From positions 13,891-77,890 of the IMG/VR virus record IMGVR_UViG_3300033802_000252: a stretch of 64,000 nt of DNA; one strand, written 5' to 3'. Origin of the DNA: a virus. Of this stretch, positions 1 to 11,719 are shown one piece after another. A program made the translations under genes and the position numbers. Position 1 is the first letter of the stretch; the number at the start of each line of letters is the position of its first letter. Under the pieces are notes generated by a model. That model made no database searches and was not told where the DNA came from. It was given only the letters and a program-made list of their open reading frames with translations.

Positions 1-59
1 AACACATTTGTCAATATTAATGGTAATTATTTCGTTCCTCCATTCATTGAATTTTATAT

Positions 60-1166
60 TTATGGAATTGAATTTAAACTATTCACAATTCCATTCAAAT
101 AAGAAGCATATATAATACCTCCACTTGATACCATCGCAGGTGGTGGTGTTGGTGGTGACATTGCTGATATAGCTGTAACTGCTTGGTTAAACATCGAAGC
201 TAAAAAATAATTACCTGTAGTTGCTGTAGTAAAACTAAAAGCCCCTAATCCTTTATATATCCGAAACTGATTTATTCTAGCAGTAAATGAATTCCACTCA
301 GAAGCGGTTAAGGAAAAAGGTTGACCTGATGTTTTTGGAGTAGTCCAACTATAATTATTGGGACGCGTTCCACCCACCTGAACTTGAACCACACCTTCGG
401 ATACACTTTCAAGCCAAGTGTTATTGACATAAAGCCTTGATCTCGCCTTAAAAATAAAGGACTGACCAGATTGAAGACCCGTCCAGGTTAATGTAGAAGT
501 CCCAGAACTAGCAGTTTTATTATCTATATATACATTATTATTTGTATATCTATCTACTACTACCTCGTCATAATTACCTGACATACCACTGATTGAAATA
601 GTAATGGAGTTAGATGTAGACGTTCCAGTAATATTTGGAGTTCTCGGTGCAACTGTCGCAGGTTGCTCAATTGTATAATTAGAACTACCAGCGGAATTTT
701 CCGATCTTACGGAAACATAATATGTAACACCATACTGCAAACCTGTAACCGTATAAGCGGTAGAAGATGTATTATATGTAGTAGTATAGTTATCATAACC
801 TCTTCTAACTCTCAAAGTATATGAAGTAGCACCACTAACAACAGGCCAATATAATCTATAACCACCTTCAACTCGATAATCAACGTAAGGTGGATGCCAA
901 GGAGGTGATGGTGGATTGGGGGCAGGAGGATTGTCATTGGCCAATGTGGTTTCGGTAATAGAGCCATCTAATAACCATGTTCCACTTGACCAAAAATAAC
1001 ATCTAATTGTATATGTAGTATTAGGCGTCAAATTAGTAAAAGTATGCGAACTCGAAGTTGTATATGATTCAATACCATTGATTTCCCATAAATAATTGCT
1101 TCTACCAGTATTGGTTGTACTAACTGATATACTTGTTGATGTTTTGTTAGTTACATAAACCGACAA
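60..1166 (-). CDS. Fibronectin type III repeat tail/receptor-binding protein
   Basis: FN3-like motifs (FTNLTPNTTYTI, VTGLQYGVTYYVSVRSENSAGSS); follows the tail genes. Confidence 0.7.
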   Translation of the reverse strand: MSVYVTNKTSTSISVSTTNTGRSNYLWEINGIESYTTSSSHTFTNLTPNTTYTIRCYFWSSGTWLLDGSITETTLANDNPPAPNPPSPPWHPPYVDYRVEGGYRLYWPVVSGATSYTLRVRRGYDNYTTTYNTSSTAYTVTGLQYGVTYYVSVRSENSAGSSNYTIEQPATVAPRTPNITGTSTSNSITISISGMSGNYDEVVVDRYTNNNVYIDNKTASSGTSTLTWTGLQSGQSFIFKARSRLYVNNTWLESVSEGVVQVQVGGTRPNNYSWTTPKTSGQPFSLTASEWNSFTARINQFRIYKGLGAFSFTTATTGNYFLASMFNQAVTAISAMSPPTPPPAMVSSGGIIYASYLNGIVNSLNSIP

Positions 1167-1243
1167 TTAATCCTCCACCTCTATTACAAAAATATTGATT
1201 TAATGTTAAATTTTAATTATAATATTAATAGGGGTGATAATCT

Positions 1244-1888
1244 ATGAAAAAAACTATTATTACTTTATTCATAGGTATATTAATAGGTTCTGCTTTAGGT
1301 ATTTCAGCTTTAGGCGCAACTCAAAAAATTGAAGCTGTGCTTATGGATGTTAAGTTCTTGCTCAATGGTGAGGTTGTTGAATTTGATAACAAGCCATTGG
1401 TTTATAACGAAAGAACTTACATCCCAATAAGAGAAGCAGCAGAATTACTTAATCTTGAAGTGGGCTGGGATCAAGAAAAACAAATGGTTGTGCTTAATAG
1501 CAATGAGAATTCTTCTGGTTCTAATAACACTGACCAAAACAATAATAACAACTCTAATAACAATATAAATAATTCACAGAATAGAGGGGTGAATAATATT
1601 AACAACAATATTTTTTATAACTTTTTTGAAGTTAATCGTCTTTTATCAAACAAATACACCGATGAACGTAGTGCAATTTGGGGAGATGTAAAAAACAATA
1701 CAATAGTCAAAACTTATTTAGGAATTGACTATCCTGTTAACGAATCCAATTACTTCTATGATAGAAATACCAATATTCAATATCTTGAAGAAAATTATCT
1801 ATTACAATTTCTTCAACCAGAAGATTTAGAGGGTGCTACCAAATATATTGTTGATTTTGAGCAGGGGATTGTTACTCCAATAAAATAA
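1244..1888 (+). CDS. Secreted protein with copper amine oxidase-like N-terminal (stalk) domain; moron
   Basis: Signal peptide, PLVYNERTYIPIREAAELLNLEVGWD motif, Asn-rich linker; opposite strand to the tail operon. Confidence 0.7.
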   Translation: MKKTIITLFIGILIGSALGISALGATQKIEAVLMDVKFLLNGEVVEFDNKPLVYNERTYIPIREAAELLNLEVGWDQEKQMVVLNSNENSSGSNNTDQNNNNNSNNNINNSQNRGVNNINNNIFYNFFEVNRLLSNKYTDERSAIWGDVKNNTIVKTYLGIDYPVNESNYFYDRNTNIQYLEENYLLQFLQPEDLEGATKYIVDFEQGIVTPIK

Positions 1889-1907
1889 GGGAGAAACAAT
1901 CCCTTAT

Positions 1908-4727
1908 TTATCCAAAACGCGCTATTGAATTCTGTAAAACCCAACTTCTTGTGGCTATTTTTTCATAATTTGCATAAACACTTGGATCTTCTAAAGCACC
2001 AGAATTAAGATTAATACCATTAGCAGCAGCCAATATTACTCCTGTGGGAGCAAACGTTAAGTTACCAATACCGTAAAATACAATAGTTTTTGATTCATTA
2101 GAAGAAGAACCATAACCTAATACAATGTTATTCCCCACTTCAACATCTGTTGTTACTTTAATTGTAGAATTAGATAATATTTCTCCACCAGTTATCTTAC
2201 CACCATATATTTCAGGAGCGTATATAAGCTTTCCATTAATAAATGTACCGCCTGAGTATGTACCATTTGCTATTGCCTGGGCTATAGACGTAGCATTTGA
2301 CGCTACACTCAAAGCACTATTAGCAGTAGACTGTGCGCTAGTTGCTACAGGGTCACTATTTATATTGCTCCAATTAATGCTCCCGCCAGTCATCGTTATA
2401 TTACCTGATATATTAGCATTAGTAGCTGTTAATCCATTCATTGTTGTATTCCCTTGTGAATCAACAATGAATTTATTATTTACATTTATACTCGATCCTT
2501 GAATATGTCCAGCATTAATTGATGGATCTGTTAATGTTAAAGTCGCTGCTGTAATATTACCATTAGAATCAACATAAAAACGATCCGTCCATGTAGAACC
2601 ATTCGTACTTGTCTGAATTGCTATACCCCTAGTAGCATTCATGACTATACGAACTTTTGAATCTCCCCTTGTAATAACAATTCCGTTAGATGTATCAATT
2701 ACTACACCATTATAATTCTGACCAAGATTCACCAATGAATCCTTAAAACTTGGATCTAATTGATCAGGCGGTAACCCACCTGTAATCGTTAACCTCCCCC
2801 CGTTAATGGTTACACCGTTCTGATCTACTGTAAAGATATTTACTCCACTCTCAGTTGAGGCATCTATTTTTAAATTTACACCAGCCAAAAGTGTACCCAT
2901 AATTCGTTCAGCTACTACTCGATCTGGTGTAATGACCGTCTTCCAAGTGTTCCCCCCGTCATTTGTTAAAGCAATATGACCATGCTGTAAAATAACCATT
3001 TTATCAGGATCGTTTAAATCATGTATTCGAATACCTTGACGACCAATATCAACAGTTTCATTATTTGATGCTACAATATTCCGTTTTGTAGCATCCCATG
3101 TCGAGTGTATTTCTTCATATACTTCACTAGTTTTTTCGCTTGTATCATTCCATTTCTTCACGTTATCTGACAACGTAGTAGATGAAGAAATAGTTTTATA
3201 CATATCTCTAATAAATCTCTTTTCATCGCTTAAAATATCTCTCACATTAGCTATGGTCAAATTAATATTTTTATTTTCATAATCAAAATCAACTTCCATT
3301 ATACGTGCTTGCACTCTTACACCTAAACGTTCATGTTCAACTTGAATAGCGTCTCCAAGATTTAATCTACCCCAATTTTTCTGTTCGGTAATTAGTTCAA
3401 ATAAATTCTCTATATTAATGTTAACAACAATCTTTGGCTCACGTAATTTATCAAACTCTTCAATCATTGTCTGATATAATTGTTTAGCGTCAATGATATA
3501 ATTATTTGAATATTCTTTTTCAATAATAAATTGATTCAATTCTTCTAATTGCTCAGGTGTAAAATTATTTTCTTCGGCTAAAAGCGTTCTCAAATTATTT
3601 ATATTGTTTTGAATACTAGTTATTGTTGCTTTTACTGAATTAATTTCACTTTTTTTTGCATTTATCTGAGACAACTTGTTATTTTTTTGAATAATTAAAC
3701 TGCTAGGGTCATTTCCATTCGCATTGGCAATAGAGATATTATCTTCTATCGTTGCAAGATCGTTTTCTAAGTCAAATAATTCATTCTCTAAATCAAACAA
3801 CTCTTCTGTATGTATCTCTAATTGTGATAAGTAGTTATTAAAATTTGTTTTATTATCTTCAATCTTTTTTTCATATGCTTCTATAGCTAAACATAATTCA
3901 TCGCTCATATAATCACTGGATTGAAGAACGTTACCGTTTCCATCAGACTGAAATGGATACATGAAGTAACTAAAAGATTGTATATAATTGCTTCCGGTAG
4001 GATTTACACTGTTTATAGTCAATCCATTTTGACCAAACCCTCTAAGTCTTGTACACATTTCATCTGTGTTGCTTTCTCTATTAAGGCTTTTCAATAACTT
4101 CCCATATCTAACTCTAAAACCAGAATCATGACCTATACTTTCCAATTTTCTAAACGATACCTTTTTTAAATGCGTATCCCATACAATTACTGCACCAAAT
4201 GTCTCAGCCACCTGAATAACAGCGTCTAATACAGAGCCACTTATCTCAAATGATCTATATTTAATATCAAAATCTGCATCTACATATCCCAACGTCCAAC
4301 CAGTACCTTGCAACAACTGATTTACTGTCGATGTTAAATTTAAAGAAGTCGTGGAAAAATTCTTTACGATTCTATTTTTTAATTGATACCCCAAACTAAA
4401 GCATTCGACATGTCTATATTCAGTATCTTCATCCATAATATCGTTAACTTTGGTTATAATATAATACTCTTCATAATTACCTTTAGTTAATTTAATATAA
4501 AAACGTTCTTTTATTTGATCAATATGAGGTGTTTTCTTTAATTTATGTCTTTGATCTATATAAATAGGAAGCGAAAATGATAATTCAGATATATTTCCCA
4601 CACTCAATTTATTTCTAATATTGTAAGCTGAAGATAAATTCCCAATAGGATCCCTTCTCAAATTAACCTTACATAACTGGAGTTTTGGTTTTATTATTTT
4701 TTTTGTTGTGTCTATATTTATATACAC
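1908..4727 (-). CDS. Tail endopeptidase-like / tail-associated protein (YomG/F-like)
   Basis: Prophage-tail domain (TRLRGFGQNGLTI), coiled coil, directly after Dit; GTG start at 4727 behind AGGAGG. Confidence 0.75.
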   Translation of the reverse strand: MYINIDTTKKIIKPKLQLCKVNLRRDPIGNLSSAYNIRNKLSVGNISELSFSLPIYIDQRHKLKKTPHIDQIKERFYIKLTKGNYEEYYIITKVNDIMDEDTEYRHVECFSLGYQLKNRIVKNFSTTSLNLTSTVNQLLQGTGWTLGYVDADFDIKYRSFEISGSVLDAVIQVAETFGAVIVWDTHLKKVSFRKLESIGHDSGFRVRYGKLLKSLNRESNTDEMCTRLRGFGQNGLTINSVNPTGSNYIQSFSYFMYPFQSDGNGNVLQSSDYMSDELCLAIEAYEKKIEDNKTNFNNYLSQLEIHTEELFDLENELFDLENDLATIEDNISIANANGNDPSSLIIQKNNKLSQINAKKSEINSVKATITSIQNNINNLRTLLAEENNFTPEQLEELNQFIIEKEYSNNYIIDAKQLYQTMIEEFDKLREPKIVVNINIENLFELITEQKNWGRLNLGDAIQVEHERLGVRVQARIMEVDFDYENKNINLTIANVRDILSDEKRFIRDMYKTISSSTTLSDNVKKWNDTSEKTSEVYEEIHSTWDATKRNIVASNNETVDIGRQGIRIHDLNDPDKMVILQHGHIALTNDGGNTWKTVITPDRVVAERIMGTLLAGVNLKIDASTESGVNIFTVDQNGVTINGGRLTITGGLPPDQLDPSFKDSLVNLGQNYNGVVIDTSNGIVITRGDSKVRIVMNATRGIAIQTSTNGSTWTDRFYVDSNGNITAATLTLTDPSINAGHIQGSSINVNNKFIVDSQGNTTMNGLTATNANISGNITMTGGSINWSNINSDPVATSAQSTANSALSVASNATSIAQAIANGTYSGGTFINGKLIYAPEIYGGKITGGEILSNSTIKVTTDVEVGNNIVLGYGSSSNESKTIVFYGIGNLTFAPTGVILAAANGINLNSGALEDPSVYANYEKIATRSWVLQNSIARFG

Positions 4728-4738
4728 ATCTTCGCCTC

Positions 4739-5527
4739 CTAGCCTAATAAAATGTATTGATATTTCCACTTAATTTTACATTTCCCGTATATTTTTAAAT
4801 AATTATCACCATACACCATCTCTAAAAAAACACCGTTGTGATCTTTATATCTGTTTACCATTGAGAAATTCGTTTCAATCGTTTCTAATTGGCAATCAAT
4901 CACTATATTTTCACCATCAACAAGATCAGAAATTATAAGTTCTTCCCCATGATTAGATAGATTGACGATTTTCACTTCGCCATAATCAACTTTCTCAATA
5001 TAGATAATAGGTTTGATTGGCAGATCGCCTTGATTCTCGAATACATAATCCGTACCATTAATAGTATTGTTTGAATAATCAAAAGTAGATGACTCATACA
5101 CAGGCGAATAAGAATATGGTGAATCACAGCGGAATGTTAAAGTAACATAACCTTGTTGTAATGCATTATGAATAATCCTTGGAGATTCTACAACTAAACA
5201 ATAAAATATTCGTTCTGGATCATTTTCAAAATAGAGTGGTTGATAATAAGATTGTGCTCCCAACCACCTTGCAACTTCTCTAACGCGATCCGAATCAAAA
5301 CCATCTGTAAAAAAAAATGATAATTCAAACTGTAATGGTTCTTGTTCGATTTCTTGAAAATATGGTCGATCATTACCTCTAACACTTACTTCTCTAATCG
5401 TTCTATTCGCTATAAATTGCTCTTCTAATAATCCTTTGTTGAGATTAACATTAACAACACCCATATCTCTACTGCTAATACCTGCGTAATTAAAGTCTAA
5501 AGAGTCTTTGATTGTAATTGCACTCAC
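4739..5527 (-). CDS. Distal tail protein (Dit, YomH-like)
   Basis: Follows tape measure; TLTFRCDSPYSYS motif typical of siphophage Dit. Confidence 0.75.
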   Translation of the reverse strand: MSAITIKDSLDFNYAGISSRDMGVVNVNLNKGLLEEQFIANRTIREVSVRGNDRPYFQEIEQEPLQFELSFFFTDGFDSDRVREVARWLGAQSYYQPLYFENDPERIFYCLVVESPRIIHNALQQGYVTLTFRCDSPYSYSPVYESSTFDYSNNTINGTDYVFENQGDLPIKPIIYIEKVDYGEVKIVNLSNHGEELIISDLVDGENIVIDCQLETIETNFSMVNRYKDHNGVFLEMVYGDNYLKIYGKCKIKWKYQYILLG

Positions 5528-5572
5528 CTCCTGAATACAATGAGGTGAGCCAATTTTGACTCACCTCATAAA

Positions 5573-8500
5573 TTACAAGCCTCTCTTTTGAAGTTCTTTA
5601 ACAAGCGTGTTGAATACTGTCTCTCCACCTTTTCGATCTCCAGTTATCTTTCCTATATTAATCTTGATATCATAATGCTTGGTTGTTGTTTCATTTCTTG
5701 ATGTTAAATTAGATAGTCTTGGGATTGATATTCTTTGCATAAGATCTCTAGCCAACAGCACGCTCTTTAAAACATTTGACGTGTCTAATTTATCTAATAC
5801 TAATTCTTTCTCATGTAAAAATGCCAATTTCTCTCCCTTAAATTTACCTGTATACCCGCCTGTATCGAATTTCACGACTTTGTTTTTTAATTCCTCGTAA
5901 CTGCCATCTTCGAATCCATATTTGCGTCTAAGCTCATCGTTAATCGCCTTTAAATTTAGATCCCAAACTCCCGTGGCTTTGTAATAATCCTCAGCCATCT
6001 TTTTATTTTGTAAATATTGATTCCAAGCCTCTCTTTTTTCATGGTCATACGAAGTCATATCGCCTACATTTTTCAACAACGACTGAACATTTCTGATTTC
6101 GTTAAGTATATTTTGTCTGATGGATTCTCCAACATTAAACATTGCAGAAGCAACATTGTCTGAAAAATTCGTTAGTTCTTCCTGTAAAGTTGATAAATTT
6201 CCTATTAGAGCTTGAGTACGCATTTCTTGGAATCTAGTTTCGTTCTCTATTTCATTCTCCCAATATGCTTCTGTTGCTTTTGCTTGCTCCTCTAGCCATC
6301 TTTTCGCTGCTTCGTAAGTACCTCTAAACAGTTGTTCTTTAACTCTAACCACATATTGAGCACTTTCTTTTTCTTGCTCAATCTCTTTACGTTTGGCTTC
6401 TAAATTGTCATTTAATGATTGCTTTCGTAATTCTTTTGTACGTCGAAGTTTAAATTCCTCTATTTCTTCAATAATGTTAGCCAAATCTTCTTCTAACTTA
6501 GCTCTTTCTGCTATTGCTTCAAATGAATCATCAAGAGATAGTTCATTTATCCTCTTTTGAATCTTTAATTGTTGCTCTTGTTTTTTCTTTAATTCTTTAT
6601 TAAATTCATCTTCTTCGGATGTGCGATCAATTTGTTTGATGATGGAGTTAACAATTTCTTCATATTTTTGAAGTTCCTCGTCTTTAGCTTTAATAAAATT
6701 ATTATGAAGTTCTTCTAATGCTTCTTTTTCAGTATTGATAGCATCGAGAGCATGTTTCTTTTGCATCTCATAATGTCTTTTAATAAGTTCTATAGCTGAA
6801 TCTAAAGCCGATTCCATATTCTTTTGCCATGCGTTTCTATTGTCCTGGATTAATTTTAATCGCTCTTCTAGTTGTTTCTTCTCTTCATTTAAAGATCTAT
6901 CTCTTAAATCTTTTAATGTAAGTAATAAATCTCTTTCGTCAGATAAGGACTGGCTAAGATATTTAGCGTGCTCTTTTTGTAGTTTTTCGTATGCTTCAAT
7001 CTGTTGATTAATTGACCATTCGTTATATTGTGTATTAAATCTGATAGTTGCAATCGCTTCATCATATGCTTTTTTCAGGTTCTCTAGTTCTATTTCCGCT
7101 AGGGTTTTTCCTGACGATGACGATTTCGAAGTGGAGTTTGAAACGCCATAAGTTCTATCGTTTAGTAAACCACTTAAAACTTTTTGACTTTCTCTAAGTT
7201 CTCCTAATCGAGTGAGAATATTATAAACTCTTTGCTGTTCTTTTAAGCTTGTTGCAATTCTATCATATAATTCGGGTGTATCAGACCAATCGGTAGTTAC
7301 ACCATTTACCGTAATACGTTTGTTTTCATCATCAAATAACATGTTCTTAAAAGCATCAGAACCAAAAATTTTTGAGACATTAAGTTTGTTTATCTCGCTC
7401 ATAGCGTCAGCAAGACTATGTATTGCATCAACCTCTAATTCGTATGCTTTTAAGCGGTCAGATGTGTTATCAAGAGTTGCTTTTGTTTTTTCAATCTCTG
7501 CTTGAATTGCATCATTTGCTTCTTGGATTTTTACTTGTCTTAATACTTCGAGAGCGTCAGAATTTATTTTATAACCATCGGCTGTTTTTTCTATTTGTGA
7601 TGCTAACTGAGGATATTTTAAAATCAAATCAGCTATTGTGTCTGCAGATAAAGATTGTTGTTGAATTTGCGTATCAATGATCTGATTTAATCGTTTGATT
7701 TCATCAACTGGTTCCTTAATAACTTCAGCGAGCGACTTAAATTCATCGAATTCTTCTGCGAGTTTTACTATGTATCCGATTAATCTTTCTGTTCCATCTT
7801 CTAAAATCTCTGTTTCATCACTTAAATATTTGTACCCTTTAGCAGCTATTTCCGATTTATCTTTAACAAATCCAAGTTCATTACCAGATTCGTCTATTAT
7901 CGGAATTAATGACTGGATGTCTTCTTTAGTAACATTGAGTCTGTTTATTAATGTATCAATTGTTTCAATAACTTTGGGATTTTCAGAGTAAATTCGTTTT
8001 AATCCTTCTAAGAAACCTTGTTCAGTTAATGAATCATCTTTAAGCAAATCAATTACATCGGTTGCTTTTTTATTCAATTCTTCAGCAGTTACCCCTGAAA
8101 ACTCCATTGCATCAATTACTTGATACATTTGATCTTTAAAGTTACTACCAAATTCTATTCCAGCCAGAAATGCGGATTCATCTAAAAGTGTTTTAAAATA
8201 ATCTCCTGCGCCATTGGTCATTCGTAGAAGATCTCTGTTAAGAGAAATAAGTTCGTATCTATATGTTCTAAGCTTTGACTCTCCTCTGTGAATCGCTTCT
8301 TCAACATTCGCAATATCTTTGCCTCTTGCTGCAAGCTCATCGCGACGAGAATACAAAACATCAAGACGCTTTTGTTGACCAATAATACGCTCTTCTAGTT
8401 TTTCAATTTCTTTTAGAGTGTTTAATCGACTTTCATCATTTTGCTCGAATTTATCTAAAGCTTCCTGTTTCCTTAAGTCAGCAGTTGCTTTTGCGAGTTC

Positions 8501-11500
8501 TTCTGTTAACTTAAGCTCTCTTTCTAATGCATCACCTGTAAATAAATGCACTCTACCTTTTTCATCTATATGACTTACTAAAGTAGGCAAAAGTTCGGAA
8601 AGTTCTTTTGTAATTCTATAGTACTCTTCTTCTTGTTCTATTGATAAAGTAGAATTTTGTCTTTCTTCCTCTAAATTTCGATAGGAAATAATTAATTGAT
8701 TTATTTTGTTTCTATGATTAATATATGAATCAGTTAATTGGGCATTTTCTTCTTTAATACGCTTTGTTTCTTCGTTCGCTTTGGAAATGTGACTGATTAA
8801 TTTTTCTACCGCCAAGCCAACTCCAGCAACGATTATACCAATCCCTGTCGCTATTGCTAACCCTCTAAGCGCTCCTGCTAAACCAGTTATAGCAACTGTT
8901 GCAACTCTTGAAGCGGTAGTTGCGCCCGTGATGTTTTTAGCTAGACCAAACGCAGACGTGGTAGCTAATTTTTGTGCTACATCTTGTGAACGTATAGCTT
9001 CCGTAAGTTTTAATACATTGGTTCTCGCTTTGGTAGAAAAGATACCAAATAATGTACCAACCGTACCCAAAACCGTTGGAAGTAACCCAAAACGTTCGAC
9101 TAAAGTATCGACATTGTTTGCCATATTATTAAGAAATGTAATGATACCCATTAATGTATCAGATAAAACGGCATCACCCATTGTAAGAGTGAGATTTGTC
9201 CATGCGTTTTTAAGCATGTTAATACGGGCTTCGAATGATTTGAGATATTGTTCATTTTCTCTGTATCCAGAACCTTGGGAGTTTAAAGCTGTATTTGTTG
9301 CTTTTATGGCTTCGTCATATTGTTGCATGAGGATCAAAAACCGCGATAATTGATACCGACCTGCGATTTGTAATCCTATGTTTTGTTGTTGTTCTGCGCT
9401 TAGTTCTTTCCATTTCGAGGCCAAATCAGACAGGATATTTGAAACAGGACGCACAGTTTCTACACCGTCGCGAATTTCGCGAACAGCGACTCCAACTTGT
9501 TCTAATGCTTTGATGCTGGAATCCATAGTTGTTATTCTAGAGAAAATAGTTTTTAATGAGTTGCCGATAATATTACCTGATTCACGAGAAACTTGTCCAA
9601 TAGCTGTAACGTAACCAATTAGTTCTTGAAGCGAAACACCGAAGGTGTTTGCAGCACCCACCGATTTAGTTATTGCACTTACAATGTTTTGGGAAGTGAC
9701 GCTAAAATTATTATCTACCTCATTGATTGCGTCTACTGCAACTAATATCTCTTCAGGCAACATATTAAAGCCTTTAATAATTGCAGTAAGTCCACTTCCA
9801 GCTTCTTCTGGTGTCATTTCAGATATATTCGAAAACAAAGTAGCTGCTTCTGTAAGAGATGTTAATGCTTCTCCTCTAAAGCCTTGACGAGCAAAGTCAA
9901 TAAAAGACTCATTGACACCTTTCATTTCATTCCCAAGTCTTGCTGCTAAATCTGCAGACTCTTTTAAAATCCTCACACGATCAATCTCGCCATTTGACAC
10001 TCTCATAAGAGTAGTCATCTGAGAGTCAATTTCAACAATATTCTGAATTGCAGATCTTAAACCACGAACCGTCCCAAAGAATGCTGTACTAGCTCCCATC
10101 CAGATGGGGAATTTAATCATAGCATTCTGGAAAGCGCCCAAGAAAGTGCTTGTTTTATAAGTGGCGCCCTGCATTTCAATCTGCATTCTCTTTAACTCAT
10201 TATTAACTTCATATAATCGTTTTTCAGTTGCAGCAGAAGTCAAATTCAATCTATCTAATTCATTTCGATATTGCTCTATCTGAGGTCTTGCACGTCTAAA
10301 TAATGCATTATAATCCATTCTTAATAGACGCTGATAAATTTGCTCCCTAAGCTTTGCGTTTCTCTCTTCAAGAGCCATCTCATTTCTAATCTCTTGTTCT
10401 CTTTGAGATAATCTTTGTTTAATCTGATTTAATTCTTTAATGTGATTCTTTGTTTTGGCATTAGATATCTGCTCTTCAAAATTCAACAATTCTTTTTCCG
10501 TCAGCAGCCCATTCTTTCTCATTTGTTCAAGTTGATTCATTAGTGGAATTTTCTTTTGATCAACTTCAACAATTTTTACTTGTTCAGTATATAGCCTCCC
10601 ATATTCTTTTGCCAAACTTTTTATTTGCTCAGGACTCTCGGCTTTTCTTGCTCTATTTTCAATTTGAGTAATTTCATTCTCGTCAATAACACCAGCCAAT
10701 TTCATCTTGCTTAATTTAGACAATAAACTCGTTCTAGCTGATGCTGTTTTATCTAACTTGTTAAACGTCTTTTCTAATTTGTCTAATTCTTGATTTGCTT
10801 GTTTAATATTGTTTACGTCAATTTTATTTAACGAGTGTAAAACATTATTTAATGCTCCTGTCTTACCAGCAGGAAGTTCTTTGTCTGCACGATTAAAACT
10901 AATAATAGCAGACCTTAATCTTTCTATTCGATCCCTTACGGCATCAATTTCTTTTTGTCTTCGCTTGTTAAATTGCTCATTTTCTTTGTATGCTTGATTT
11001 AATAACTTCTCAGACTGTTCTAATTTCTTTATTTCATTGGTGATTCGTGAAAAATCAGCTTTGCTTGATTCTGGTGTTAATTTTGACAATGCTAATCTAA
11101 GTTTGTTTATTTCTTCTGATCCTTCACCAAAGGTTCTGGTTAATAACTGAATTCTATGATTTGCATCATCAGTAAACAACTGCAAAGCTTTTTGTGCTTC
11201 TCTATACGCTTCTGGATTTTTAACAACAGTAAATTCATCTTCATTCGTTTTAATTTCTCCACCATCAAAACGAATACCGTGAGTCGTTTTATTCTCAAAT
11301 TTGTTCCCAACGGTGGTATAAATATCTTCTCTAATTCTTTTTTGACCATCACCCAAGTCTTCAACAGTTTGCACAATTCGTTGTCGCATAGCTAAATTTT
11401 CAGCTAATGCTTTATTGCTACTATAAATAGCATCAACTTCATTTTGTAGAGCATTACTTGCACGCTCTGTTGATTTGGCTACGTCATTTATTGCTTTATT

Positions 11501-11719
11501 TTGAAAGTGATAGCTTTGAGTAATTTTAGATAATTCATTACTCAAGCGAGTAATTTCATTTATAACATTCTTGTCAAGGGTAGCACCCAACTTTATTTTT
11601 TTGAGAGAAGGGTGTTTGGCTAATATTTTAAGGTCTTCGTTAATTTGTTTTAGTGATAATCCATAATTTAAACCAGCCGTTATTCGGAGTCCCATTTTTG
11701 TATTATCCAACGTTCTCAC
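5573..11719 (-). CDS. Phage tail tape measure protein
   Basis: 2048 aa coiled coil, TP901-type core (AINEVDNNFSV...GNSLKTIFSRI), C-terminal FDTGGYTG...LHEKELVL. Confidence 0.92.
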   Translation of the reverse strand: MRTLDNTKMGLRITAGLNYGLSLKQINEDLKILAKHPSLKKIKLGATLDKNVINEITRLSNELSKITQSYHFQNKAINDVAKSTERASNALQNEVDAIYSSNKALAENLAMRQRIVQTVEDLGDGQKRIREDIYTTVGNKFENKTTHGIRFDGGEIKTNEDEFTVVKNPEAYREAQKALQLFTDDANHRIQLLTRTFGEGSEEINKLRLALSKLTPESSKADFSRITNEIKKLEQSEKLLNQAYKENEQFNKRRQKEIDAVRDRIERLRSAIISFNRADKELPAGKTGALNNVLHSLNKIDVNNIKQANQELDKLEKTFNKLDKTASARTSLLSKLSKMKLAGVIDENEITQIENRARKAESPEQIKSLAKEYGRLYTEQVKIVEVDQKKIPLMNQLEQMRKNGLLTEKELLNFEEQISNAKTKNHIKELNQIKQRLSQREQEIRNEMALEERNAKLREQIYQRLLRMDYNALFRRARPQIEQYRNELDRLNLTSAATEKRLYEVNNELKRMQIEMQGATYKTSTFLGAFQNAMIKFPIWMGASTAFFGTVRGLRSAIQNIVEIDSQMTTLMRVSNGEIDRVRILKESADLAARLGNEMKGVNESFIDFARQGFRGEALTSLTEAATLFSNISEMTPEEAGSGLTAIIKGFNMLPEEILVAVDAINEVDNNFSVTSQNIVSAITKSVGAANTFGVSLQELIGYVTAIGQVSRESGNIIGNSLKTIFSRITTMDSSIKALEQVGVAVREIRDGVETVRPVSNILSDLASKWKELSAEQQQNIGLQIAGRYQLSRFLILMQQYDEAIKATNTALNSQGSGYRENEQYLKSFEARINMLKNAWTNLTLTMGDAVLSDTLMGIITFLNNMANNVDTLVERFGLLPTVLGTVGTLFGIFSTKARTNVLKLTEAIRSQDVAQKLATTSAFGLAKNITGATTASRVATVAITGLAGALRGLAIATGIGIIVAGVGLAVEKLISHISKANEETKRIKEENAQLTDSYINHRNKINQLIISYRNLEEERQNSTLSIEQEEEYYRITKELSELLPTLVSHIDEKGRVHLFTGDALERELKLTEELAKATADLRKQEALDKFEQNDESRLNTLKEIEKLEERIIGQQKRLDVLYSRRDELAARGKDIANVEEAIHRGESKLRTYRYELISLNRDLLRMTNGAGDYFKTLLDESAFLAGIEFGSNFKDQMYQVIDAMEFSGVTAEELNKKATDVIDLLKDDSLTEQGFLEGLKRIYSENPKVIETIDTLINRLNVTKEDIQSLIPIIDESGNELGFVKDKSEIAAKGYKYLSDETEILEDGTERLIGYIVKLAEEFDEFKSLAEVIKEPVDEIKRLNQIIDTQIQQQSLSADTIADLILKYPQLASQIEKTADGYKINSDALEVLRQVKIQEANDAIQAEIEKTKATLDNTSDRLKAYELEVDAIHSLADAMSEINKLNVSKIFGSDAFKNMLFDDENKRITVNGVTTDWSDTPELYDRIATSLKEQQRVYNILTRLGELRESQKVLSGLLNDRTYGVSNSTSKSSSSGKTLAEIELENLKKAYDEAIATIRFNTQYNEWSINQQIEAYEKLQKEHAKYLSQSLSDERDLLLTLKDLRDRSLNEEKKQLEERLKLIQDNRNAWQKNMESALDSAIELIKRHYEMQKKHALDAINTEKEALEELHNNFIKAKDEELQKYEEIVNSIIKQIDRTSEEDEFNKELKKKQEQQLKIQKRINELSLDDSFEAIAERAKLEEDLANIIEEIEEFKLRRTKELRKQSLNDNLEAKRKEIEQEKESAQYVVRVKEQLFRGTYEAAKRWLEEQAKATEAYWENEIENETRFQEMRTQALIGNLSTLQEELTNFSDNVASAMFNVGESIRQNILNEIRNVQSLLKNVGDMTSYDHEKREAWNQYLQNKKMAEDYYKATGVWDLNLKAINDELRRKYGFEDGSYEELKNKVVKFDTGGYTGKFKGEKLAFLHEKELVLDKLDTSNVLKSVLLARDLMQRISIPRLSNLTSRNETTTKHYDIKINIGKITGDRKGGETVFNTLVKELQKRGL

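Noticed and set aside
60-1166. Diversity-generating retroelement target in the tail gene
   Set aside because: No reverse transcriptase or template/variable repeat pair in the window.
1495-1610. AAT/AAC tandem repeat
   Set aside because: Encodes an Asn-rich linker; ordinary low complexity.
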